A DNA stretch of 64,000 nt from Octopus sinensis. Its lineage: Eukaryota. Of this stretch, positions 11,585 through 22,297 are shown in pieces. The translations under genes were made by a program, and so were the position numbers. The first letter of the stretch is position 1. Each line of letters begins with the position of its first letter. Where the stretch lies: contig NC_043000.1 of assembly GCF_006345805.1 (NCBI RefSeq), forward strand, positions 138,198,001-138,262,000, read 5' to 3'. The notes beneath the pieces are model-generated. The model was not told the origin of the DNA. It saw nothing but the letters and a program-made list of their open reading frames with translations, and made no database searches.

Positions 11585-13019
11585 TATATTGAGCATAGTA
11601 CTATTTGTTATGATACAAAGAAATACCCTTAATAACTGGTTTTTTCAGTTATCTGAAAAAGGTACTTTTCTATGTCAGTACATGGCATATTTTTTTTACA
11701 CACAGCACTCATCATTCATTTATACTAAAATCTCCATAACAGTGTAGGTAAATGATTCATTCAGATGCACAGATTGCCTAATGCTTTTAGCGCATCACTG
11801 CTCAGTTCAATTGTGAGATTTATAGCAGAATGACAGAGCAACAAGACTTAGATATGTTAGTCATACATGAGTAGGTTATGGAATTTATTTTCAAGGTGTA
11901 CCTATTGATAACTTTGTCTAGCTATCATATCTTAAGTCTCATTTCCCTGAAATTGGACCAATATGGTAATAACGAATTTTTTAGAGATTTCTATCGGTTT
12001 GTTTCGAGACGCATAAATTATAATGGTTATTGAAAAGTTTTGTCTTTTTTTTGGTATATTTGGCATTAGAATTTTTCTTTTGCCTTTATCTTGTAAATTA
12101 TTTATAAATTTAACCTTTAAGGGTATTTTTTGATATGCTGGCCATTGATAAAATTTTTTTCCCCAAAAAAATTTTATCCTACATTAGTTAAGTCTCATTT
12201 CTTTATCAATGATATCAGAGATCTTACTACATCATTACTTTATGTATTATATGTATTCCTTCTTACATATCACATAAGCTCATCTTGGGTTTACAGAGAT
12301 ATGACTTTGACTATCTCAGTTACTAGTTTGTACATTGCTCTTTGTCAAATTGAAAATTAGATCTTTAATCCTTTTGCTACCGTATTTATTTTGAAATTCT
12401 CTGTGCTTCTTTCAATTAATTTTAAATATAACAAAGAATTTAGTAAGATAACTTAGTTATCATTAAACTAGTGTGAGGAACATAAATTATGACTAAGGTT
12501 TGGTGGAAGATTTTCATTCAAAACTTATGAAAACAAGGAATTTGTACTACAGAGCCAGAGGCGGATTCAGTCGGGTTGATATTGAAAAGGTTAAACTCTA
12601 GTAATTCTTCTAGTTTTGGAATAATTTCTGCTGTTATTATATAGATTCAGTTATCAGAAAACAATCAATTATTATATTCAGCTTTTGCTGAAAAGCATGC
12701 CAATGAATAAAAAAGGGCAGAGGGAAAAATGTTCCTGAACACCTACATGAATAGCAATTTGCAAAAGGACATGTGGTCATTTCGACCAGCAGGTCAAACA
12801 ACCATGAAATGTCAGCCAAATCTCCCTTAAGTCACACTCCACTGTCTCATATTAGACTATGTAGTTCTAGATGCATTTTACCTGAAACAGGAAGGAGTGA
12901 TCATAGCTGGTATATCTTCCATTGTAGACCTGCTTGACCAGAGTAAACCTGAAGATACATAATAACCATTTCTATATGGCAACTACGCACACAAACTTTG
13001 GTGCTTCGCTGAATATATC

Positions 13020-13192
13020 TCGTTGTTGTCATCAACATCATCATCATCATCACTATTATCATTGTCATTCTCCCTTCCCCTACCCATCATCACTACAACC
13101 ACCACCACCACCACCATAATCGTCGTCGTCGTCATCATCATCATCATCATCATCACTATTATCATTGTTGCATTCATATATTCGCATATTTA
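13020..13192. repeat. Compound (ATC)n array related to the 11-kb and 18-kb arrays
   Basis: Contains TCATTCTCCCTTCCC and ends in the 29-mer shared with 18761-18789. Confidence 0.85.
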
Positions 13193-13332
13193 GCAGTTCG
13201 ACAAAAGAGACCGATAGAATAAGTACTAGGCTTCCAAAGAATAAGTCCTGAGGTCGATTTGCTCGACTAAAGGTGGTGCTCCAGCATGGCCACAGTCAAA
13301 TAACTAACACAAGTAAAAGAGTAAAGAGTAAA
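13190..13332 (+). mobile_element. SINE-A 3' part
   Basis: GACCGATAGAATAAGTACTAGG...AAGTAAAAGAGTAAAGAG. Confidence 0.85.
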
Positions 13333-13566
13333 ATCCTTGATGAATCAATAGTTTTGGATTTTGCCTTCTTAAGTTCTTATCAAGGGATGAAAATCTCCAT
13401 AACTTATCCACTTATCATGGTCCCTCATTATCTCATTCATATTCCTCATTAGCCAACCCTTCCTAGTATGAGTTCCATGCTCTTTTTTTCCATGGCTGTA
13501 TGAGAATATGGTCGTGTCACTTTGAACACAGCCTTTCAATAATATTTTATTTCATAAGAACACATT

Positions 13567-13949
13567 ACTCTTTTACTTGTTTCAGTCATTTGACTGCGGC
13601 CATGCTGGAGCACTGCCTTTAATCGAGCAACTCAACCCTGGCACTTATTCTTTGTAAGCCCAGTACTTATTCTATCAGTCTCTTTTGCCGAACCGCTAAG
13701 TGACGGGGACATAAACACACCAGCATCGGTTGTCAAGCAATGCTAAGGGGACAAACACAGACACACAACACACACACACATACATATATATACATATATA
13801 CGACGGGCTTCTTTCAGTTTCCGTCTACCAAATCCACTCACAAGGCTTTGGTTGGCCCGAGGCTATAGTAGAAGACACTTGCCCAAGGTGCTACGCAGTG
13901 GGACTGAACCCAGAACCATGTGGTTGGTAAACACGCTACTTACCACACA
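13567..13949 (-). mobile_element. SINE-A
   Basis: Near full-length match. Confidence 0.9.
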
Positions 13950-14613
13950 TGTGATTTATAATAATTTATACTGTTCTCTCTCATGAATACAACATTGTTC
14001 CATATGTTGTGCAACTGCTTCGAAGCTTCTCACTTAGAGCATACATGCATAAAAGTTCACCTTCATTCTGTTTTAGTAGCATATTCTCTTTTTAAATATT
14101 ACTCAAGTGATATGTTTGCTTTCACTTGTAAAGGTTGGTATTTGGAGGTAGCTGCAACACTCTGAATGCATGAAAGCACCTTTGTTTATCAAATGTTAGA
14201 AAACACATGCATGTGTAGGTACGAAATCCACAGCCATCCCTTGCAAGCAAGTTAAGACTTTGTATTATTCATTCACTGTTTGTTTGCTGTACCAATATAT
14301 TTGGTCGTTAGCAAACATAGGCATCCTCTCGGCTCTCCCACTTTTGATTCAGCAGAACATTTGGGATAAGACAGCAAAGAGGTGAGAGGACTGCACAAGC
14401 ACTCAGCTGGTACACATTTCAGCTGAGCAGACTTGAGCCATAGGAAATGAGTAGCTGGACACGATATAATGCTCAGTTTAGGAATTACATCGATGATCCA
14501 ATGAGCATGAGTCCATCACTCTAACCGCTAGACATTCATGAAATAACATGCTTATATTTATAAGTATACATCTGCTACATGTAAAAACAAATAAGAAGGG
14601 CAAACAGAAACTA

Positions 14614-15030
14614 GAAGTGGCAAGCTGGCAGAAACGTTAGCACACCAGGCCAAATGCTTAGCAGTATTTCGTCTGCCGTTACGTTCTGAGTTCAAATTCC
14701 GCCGAGGTCGACTTTGCATTTCATCCTTTCGGGTTCAATAAATTAAGTATCAATTACACACTGGGCTCGATATAATCGACTTAATCCGTTTGTCTGTCCT
14801 CGTTTGTCTTCTCTGTGTTTAGCCCCTTGTGGATAGTAAAGAAATAGGTATTTAGTCTGCCACTATGTTCTGAGTTCAAATTCCGCCGAGGTCAACTTTG
14901 CTTTCATCCTTTCAGGGTCGATTAAATAAGCACCAGTTACACACTGGGGTTGATATAATCGACTTAATCCCTTTGTCTGTCCTTGTTTGTCCCCTCTGTG
15001 TGTAGCCCCTTGTGGGCAGTAAAGAAATAA
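14614..15030 (+). mobile_element. Two tandem SINE-C copies, second one 5'-truncated
   Basis: Full copy to ~14850, then a restart at TATTT.GTCTGCC. Confidence 0.85.
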
Positions 15031-15217
15031 GAAACTGGAAGTGGCTTGTCAGCAAAACCTAATAAGTTCATGACAGAGGAAGAAGTGGAATCTGATATTT
15101 AAAGGCTGAAAATTTGCTGAGAGAAAAGAAATATTCTAACTTAAGGCATTCGTACTGAAAATACATCAAAACAAATTTCTATAGGTGGCAAGAAAACATA
15201 TATGTATACTCTTTTAA

Positions 15218-15596
15218 TATTTTACTTGTTTCAGTCATGTGACTGTGGCCATGCTGGAGCACCGCCTTCTAGGTGCAATCACTGACCCTGGGATTGCATC
15301 TAGAAAGTTACCCTCAGAGGCACAAATCTGGGCAAGGTTGTTTATGGAAAACCAGCAGTCGCCCATGCATACCAGCCTCCCCTCTCCTTGCCACCAGTGT
15401 TATCCAAGGGAAAGGCAAGGGCCGATACAGCTTGGCACCTGTGACGTCACAACTTATTTCTACAGCTGAGTGAACTGGAGCAATGTGAAATAAAGTGTCT
15501 TGCTCAAGAATACAACATGCAGCCCGCTCCAGGATTCGAACTCACAACTTCACTATCATAAGCTTGATGCTCTAACCACTAAGCCGTGCACACTCC
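15218..15596 (-). mobile_element. SINE family E (different tRNA-like head, TTCTTGAGCAAGACACTT...GCTCCAGTTCACTCAGCTG body) ending in the SINE-A tail
   Basis: Head GGCTTAGTGGTTAGAGC...GAGTTCGAATCC. The last ~55 nt match the SINE-A tail. Confidence 0.8.
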
Positions 15597-16112
15597 TATA
15601 ACAAGCATACATAGTTAGGTAATAATTATTCACAGGAAATAAGCCAAAAAATGATTACCTCATATGAACAAGATACATTAAAATCTTCAAGCTGGAAACG
15701 CTGGATATTTTTGTCAGAAGGATAGTATTTGCCATGTATAATTATTACATAATAATATATGCCTGGTTGCATAATATCCATTATGGCATCAAATATTTGA
15801 ATCAGTTGTGAAAGTCTTGATTTTGTGATATGGATATTTATATATAAATTTTTATATAAATGTTTTGCAACCATCTGTATCTGTTTGTTCATCTTTTGTT
15901 TCTTTAATGCTCACTGGAGCTATGTGTTTCATATAGCCAACTCTTGTTCTGTTGAGCTATTTTTCTCTGATTAGGAAGTTGGATTTAAGGAACCTCATGA
16001 ACCCAAGCACTAATTTGACACTGATCTATTCTACACTTCAATACATATACCAGCATCTTTATTTAATAGACAACTATTTCCCACCAGGTTACTAGTATAG
16101 AAAAATATTACT

Positions 16113-16514
16113 CCCTCTCTTTTACTTGTTTCAGTCATTTGACTGTGGCCATGCTGGAGCACTGCATTTAGTCGAGCAAATCGACCCCAGGACTTATTCT
16201 TTGTAAGCCTAGTACTTATTCTATCGGTCTCTTTTGCCGAACCGCTAAGTTATGGGGATGTAAACACACCAGCATCGGTTGTCAAGCAATGCTAGGGGGA
16301 CAAACACAGACACACAAACAAACGCACACACATATATATATATACATATATACAACAGGCTTCTTTCAGTTTCCGTCTACCAAATCCACTCACAAGGCTT
16401 TGGTCAGCCTGAGGCTATAGTAGAAGACACTTGTCCAAGTTACATGCAGTGGGACTGGACCCGGAACCATGTAGTTGGTAAGCAAGCTACTTACCACACA
16501 GCCACTCCTGCGCC
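16113..16514 (-). mobile_element. SINE-A
   Basis: Full-length match. Confidence 0.9.
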
Positions 16515-17130
16515 TATATTGAATAGGAACAGTGTTAAAGTTAGTAATTCAGCTAGCAAGAATTTTAGGTGTTATGTGAAAGCTGAATAGAAGAAAGATC
16601 CAAACAGCTGCTCCATAAAGCTCATGCAAATGTAGAATTCATAAGAACGTTCCACTAGAGAGTAACTGTCTGGCAAAGTCGGTTGTATATAAGGCCAGAA
16701 TTGAATCAAACAGCAGTAATGAAGTTAAAACATAAATTGAGGCAATGGAACTCACATTCAAAACTCTTTATTTCAAGCACAAACATTCATTTGTCAACCC
16801 TGATGGAAAATGTGCTAAGGCTTTTTTTTAAGTTTATGTCGTTTTTGCATGAGACAAGCTTCATAGATTCAAAATTAACTGGTCTATTTTAGATAGTGTG
16901 CAACCATATAGAAAAGGGAGCTTCAAATCAGAGATGCTTTGATTGAGTGAAAACTGAGAATTTTGACCCATGGCAGTAATAGTCTGAACAAAAGAACTGA
17001 ACTGTTAATGCATTGAATGCATGCAGCTAAGTATCTTTTATGCAAATAATACTGGTTTCAAAATGCTTAATTAATAGTTTTTATTGATGATGATGATGAT
17101 GATGTTTTAATATATGTGAATGTGTGTCTA

Positions 17131-17180
<50 letters not shown>

Positions 17181-17296
17181 GGACGATTGGGATCACGTGG
17201 ATGAGAAAGCCACGATCCAGAGAGGAGTGGACAGCGTACTGTGACCAGCGGTGTCAAATGGACGCCTGACGGACTGGTCGGTCAAGGTGATCAAGG
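17181..17296 (+). mobile_element. Short GC-rich 3' end of an RTE-like LINE inserted in (TA)n
   Basis: Reads TIGITWMRKPRSREEWTAYCDQRCQMDA*, similar to RTE ORF ends (W...A..R..W). Ends GGTGATCAAGG-(TA)n, with TA repeats on both sides. Confidence 0.55.
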
Positions 17297-17584
17297 ATAT
17301 ATATATATATGTATTTGTAGTCATGAATTTATAATTTACAGGACGATAGAGTCCTTTCAACTGATAGGAAGAACAATAGAAAGGCGGGTGGCTTTATGAA
17401 AGGTATTGAGAAATGAAAGGGTGACAGTAGGAACAGTAACAAGTTTGTTGTTGTGGAGAAGATTCATGGATTACATATAGGTGGAAGCAAATGGATGAGC
17501 AGAAAGAGAGATGGTAGTGATTGGAAAGAGGCACCTGATCATACCCTCAAGGTACAAGAAAATGAATAAAGGAAAGTTTGGAGA

Positions 17585-17968
17585 TAGGCGTAGGAGTGGC
17601 TGTGTGGTAAGTAGCTTGTTTACCAACCACATGGTTCCAGGTTCAGTCCCACTGCATGGCACCTTGGGCAAGTGTCTTCTACTATAGCCTTGGGTCGACC
17701 AAAGCCTTGTGAGTGGATTTGGTAGATGGAAACTGAAAGAAGCCCATTGTATGTATGTGTATATATATATGTGTGTGTGTGTGTATATGTTTGTGTATGT
17801 GTTTGTCCCCACAACATCGCTTGACAACCAATGCAGGTGTGTTTAAGTCGCCGTAACTAAGTGGTTCGGCACAAGAGACCGATAGAATAAGTACTAGGCT
17901 TACAAGGCAGTGCTCCAGCTTGGCCACAGTCAAATGACTGAAACAAGTAAAGGAGAGAGTAAAAGAGA
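17585..17968 (+). mobile_element. SINE-A with internal deletion near the 3' end
   Basis: Head AGGCGTAGGAGTGGCTGTGTGG on the plus strand. Confidence 0.9.
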
Positions 17969-18404
17969 GAATGAGATTAAGAATGTTTTCATGTATGATC
18001 CAATCTTGAGGCAGTGAGACAACAAACTTGTTAGCATTTGACATGCTTAGCACATCGTCTTGAACAGTGAAGTACAAAATAATGTTGGGTACCATATTAA
18101 GTAGTTTCCATATTTCTTGGTTTACATAATTTTTGGAATGAAATAACCCTTTATGTTTCAAAATTTGATCTAAAATAAATGGAGTGTTTTATACATTTGA
18201 CACTTCGACTAAACAGAAATAGCAGAAAAATTCACAATCCAGAAATCAGTTAGACGAGAATGGTTGAAACAAGAACAAAAAAAAAATGGATTGCAGTTTT
18301 CTTCCAATATATTATTATATGTAAGATGTAGATGTAAAATAAAATTAATGTACGGAAAAATCAAGATAAAAAAGAAAACCATAACCAGCTTTCAGCATTC
18401 TGTC

Positions 18405-18412
18405 CTCATCAA

Positions 18413-18447
<35 letters not shown>

Positions 18448-18789
18448 CCATCATCACCATCATCACCATCACCACCATCATCACCATCATCATCACCATC
18501 ATCATCATTATCATCGTCATCGTCGTCGTCATCATCATCAGCATCATCATCATCATCATCATCACCACCACCACCACCACCATCAGCAGCAGCAGCAATG
18601 CCGTCGTCATCATCATCATCGTTGTCGTCGTCGTAATCATTGTTGCCGTCATCATTGTCGTCATCATCACGACAACTACCAACTCCATCGACATCATTGC
18701 CATTGTCATTTTTATCATCATCATCATCCGCATCATTCATCATTCATCATCAATATCATTATTGTTGCATTCATATATTCGCATATTTA
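18405..18789. repeat. Compound (ATC/GTC/ACC/AGC)n array
   Basis: Visible trinucleotide array. Confidence 0.9.
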
Positions 18790-18986
18790 TTTTTCTTTCA
18801 TTTTTCACATCTACAGCTACACCTATCATGGATGTGTTGCTTTGAAACTAATTCATTTATCGTTATTTGTTTTTCGTTAATTTTGTGTCTTTCAATTCAG
18901 TTAACTGCAAAAAAATTCTACAGCTTATCACCAAAGAATATATATTCATGAACGTAAGTGAAGCCAAATATACCTATATACATAGT

Positions 18987-19361
18987 CTTTTTACTTGTTT
19001 CAGTCATTTGACTGCGGCCATGCTGGAGCACCACCTTTAATTGAGCAAATCGACCCCACGACATATTCGTTGTAAGCCTAGTACTTATTCTATCGGTCTC
19101 TTTTGCCAAACCACTAAGTTACAGGGATGTAAACACACTAGCATCGGTTGTCGAGCGATGTTGGGGGGGACAAACACCAATACACAAACACACAAACACA
19201 TATATATACACATGCATATATACGACAGGCTTCATTCAGTTTCCATGTAACAAATCTACTCACAAGGCTTTGGTCAGCCCGAGGCTATAGTAGAAGACAC
19301 TTGCCCAAGGTGCCATGCAGTGGTTGGTAAGCAAGCTACTTACCACGCAGCCACTCCTGTG
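18987..19361 (-). mobile_element. SINE-A
   Basis: Match with a small head deletion. Confidence 0.9.
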
Positions 19362-19787
19362 CCAGTAGGTGTATTAAATTTTTGAAATCACCCTTTGCCA
19401 TTTTAAATCCTGAGAATACAGATGTCTGAGGCTTCATATATGTAATTCAGAGCCTAATTCCAACAAATTAAGACTATCCTAGCATTATGATACAAATTAG
19501 GATATCTCAGTATAAATTATTTAAAAAACTAAAACACAAGCAATTTAGAAATGAACAACATTCATAGAAGTTTGATATTCTTTTACTTGTTTCAGTCATC
19601 TGACTGTGGCCATGCTGGAGCACCGCCTTTAGTCAAACAAATCGACCCGAGGACTTATTCTTTGTTAGCTTAGTGCTTATTCTATCGGCCTCTTTTGCCA
19701 AACCACTAAGTTAAGGGGATGTAAACACACCAGCATCAGTTGTCAAGTGATGTTGGGGGTACAAACACAGACACACAAACGTATACC

Positions 19788-20166
19788 CACAGCGACTACT
19801 GTCAGCCACTGACCATTCAAAATACGACCATTAAGGCATTCCCAGATTTCCCCACCCCCTCTCCACATCAGCCTCATTATTCTTCACCTATCCTACCAAG
19901 AACTCAAAACGACCTCGAACACACAAGTGCAAACAAGGGAGTCAGAGAAAGGCAGAATGCTACTTATATCTGAACACTACTACAGAAATATTCTTTTAAA
20001 AAACTTTTCTTCTAATTTTTCTAAATTTAATTATTTAATCGTTACAGTTGAAAAGGTCTCAAAATGACCGAAACCGGTACTGAAAGATTCACTATAAAAT
20101 CATCTTAACATTTTCTATTTTTGACTTGTTTTTTCATATATATCAACTTGTGTGTTCCTTTCCACC
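19788..20166 (+). mobile_element. Penelope-like terminal fragment carrying a hammerhead, inserted in the internal microsatellite of a SINE-A copy
   Basis: Splits SINE-A into 19578-19787 and 20221-20378. Contains the hammerhead at 20045-20082 and ends at (TA)n. Confidence 0.6.
20045..20082 (+). ncRNA. Minimal type-I hammerhead ribozyme motif with a U3:A8 core variant
   Basis: CAG-UUGAAAA-GGUC(ucaaaau)GACC-GAAA-CCGG-UA-CUG. Helix I CAG/CUG, helix II 4 bp, palindromic helix III ACCGGU, GUA cleavage triplet. Confidence 0.7.
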
Positions 20167-20169
20167 CTT

Positions 20170-20212
<43 letters not shown>

Positions 20213-20580
20213 TATATATATACAACGGGCTTCTTTCAGTTTCCGTCTACCAAATCCACTCACAAGGCTTTGGTCAGCCCGAGGCAATAGTAGAAGACAC
20301 TTGCCCAAGGTGCCAAGCAGTGGGACTGAACCCGGAACCATGTGGTTCTTAAGCAAGCTACTTACCATAGTCACTCCTCGTGACTATTCTTCTGAAAACT
20401 ATCATTGTTTGCATGTTCATTTTAACATTGTTTGCTTTTTGTGTGAAACACAAAAATGTTTGTATTTGAAGCCAGAAAAATACACTGATAATGAAAAGTA
20501 AATTTATGCAAACATTTGCCAGTGACCTCAACATTGTACTTTTAACCAGATCCATAATACTCTAGGTTTGTTTTAAAATT

Positions 20581-21009
20581 TTACTTTTACCTGTTTCAGT
20601 CATTAGACAGCAGCCATGCTGGGATGCCATCTTGAAGATTTTTTTGTTAAATGTATCGACGCCAATACGTAAATTTGAAAGACTGACATTTATTCTAACT
20701 GACTTTTTTGCTGAACTGCTAAGTCACATTGACATAAACACACCAACACCAGTTGTCAAGCAGTGTGGGGGGGGGCATACACAGACACAAAGACACACAC
20801 ACACACACCATACACACACACACGCACACACACATACATATATAGAATGGGCTTCTTTCAGTTTCTGTCTCCCAAATCCACACTCAAATCTTTGTTTGGC
20901 CAGAGGCTACAGTGGAAGAGACTTACCCAAGGTGCCATGCAGTGGGAGTGAAACCTGAACCATATGGTTGTGAAGCAAGCTTCTTATCAAACAGCCATTC
21001 GTGCGCCTG
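20581..21009 (-). mobile_element. SINE-A, diverged
   Basis: Recognisable head, CA tract and tail. Confidence 0.75.
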
Positions 21010-21179
21010 TCTTGTTGACTGCTAAACATAAGAAACAGCAAAAGAAGGAGCAGTAATTTTACTGATCAATTTATATCTATGCAGGTGTAAAGTAAGGTTT
21101 CTTTTCCAAGCCACTTTTCTTTTTAAGCTTTATTTTTTTGTTAGGTTTTGAAATTATTACAAAAGTGTTCATGACTTTA

Positions 21180-21432
21180 ACATCATCATCATCATTTAGC
21201 GTCCGCTTTCCATGCTAGCATGGGTTGGACGGTTCAACTGGGGTCTGTGAAGCCAGAAGGCTGCATCAGGCGCAGTCTGATATGGCAGTGTTTCTATGGC
21301 TGGATGCCCATCCTAACGCCAACCACTCCGTGAATGTATGGGTGCTTTTTACGTGCCACCCGCACAGGTGCCAGACGGAGCTGGCAAACGGCCACAGACG
21401 GATGGTGCTTTTTACGTGCCACCAGAAAAATC
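21180..21432 (-). mobile_element. RTE 3'-end fragment, same terminus as the 51412-57583 LINE
   Basis: (CAT)n-TTAGCGTCCGCTTTCCATGCTAGCATGGGTTGGACG...GGATGCCCATCCTAACGCCAACCACTCC. Confidence 0.85.
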
Positions 21433-21465
21433 TTGCATGGGGTGCCAAAGCATTGAAGTGATATA

Positions 21466-21712
21466 TTAGGTTGGCAACTAAGTACCCGTGGTTTTTTAAA
21501 AATTAAAAAAAAAACATCAACTAATTAATCAATAATGTACTCACCCTTGTTGTTTACAACTTCTTCTCAATGTTCAACAAGACTTTCTATACCTCGTTGG
21601 TAGAAATCATTCGATTTCATCTTGGAAAATTGATCCAACCAAGCTCTCAATTCTGCATCAGTATTGAATGAAACTCCATGCATAGCATTTGGTACCAAAC
21701 AGGAGAGTACAG
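21466..21712 (-). mobile_element. mariner 3' end with terminal inverted repeat
   Basis: TA-TTAGGTTGGCAAC TIR. Minus strand reads GVSFNTDAELRAWLDQFSKMKSNDFYQRGIESLVEH*EEVVNNKGEYIID*, a typical mariner C-terminus. Confidence 0.85.
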
Positions 21713-22061
21713 TTGGTGTGACAGCACTTCCCGATTTAGGTACAAAGCCAGCAATTCTGAGGGTGGGGTATAAGTTACTTCATTTTGTTCTTCACTAGTA
21801 CTTCATCTTGTTCACCCTTCAGTAGGTTTTGAGCTCAAAATAGAGAATCAGATAAATACCTCAAATATTTTTTCTTTTGATGCTTTAACAATTCCACCAA
21901 GAACATGATGCTGTGTAATTAATGTAAATTTTAATGAATGGGAGACAGCACAGATGATGCAATTGGATACCTAAGAGGATACAGAAACTTGAGTAAATTA
22001 TTGATATTTTTAAGGATGGTGGTCATTACAAGGAATGGCAGATGCTGCATTACTGTCTCAA

Positions 22062-22297
22062 CAGAGGCACATGGCTTAGTGGTTAGGGTGTTGGACCTAT
22101 CATCATAACAGTGTTGTTTCGATTCCTGAACCAAGTGATGCATCATGTTCAAAACATTTCTTTTCATATTACTCCAGTCCACTCAACTGGGGAAAAAAAT
22201 GAGTGCTCCTGTGAGGAACCAGCATCTAATCTAGGTGGGGAATACATTTGTTATGAAACAGGAAAACCATCCCTTATGAGTCCTATGACTTGAGAAG
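22062..22297 (+). mobile_element. SINE-E-like copy with a type ii tail, diverged (another relic at ~59732-59930)
   Basis: GGCTTAGTGGTTAGGG head, CTCCAGTCCACTCAACTG body, GAAACAGGAAAACC..CCCTTATGAG tail. Confidence 0.55.

Larger units (their letters stand above)
19578..20378 (-). mobile_element. SINE-A split by an insertion (halves 19578-19787 and 20221-20378)
   Basis: The two halves are collinear across the Penelope-like insert and the TA tract. Confidence 0.85.

Noticed and set aside
10729-11596. Poly-Ser/Asp/Met/His ORFs (also 18264-18951 and 39159-39533) as acidic or biomineral proteins
   Set aside because: They are open in most frames on both strands because ATC repeats have no stops. 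There are no flanking unique domains or splice evidence, and the 39-kb array is an RTE tail.
15626-15892. Minus-strand 88-aa ORF with donor GAG|GTAATC
   Set aside because: Weak acceptor, no recognisable domain, AT-rich composition.
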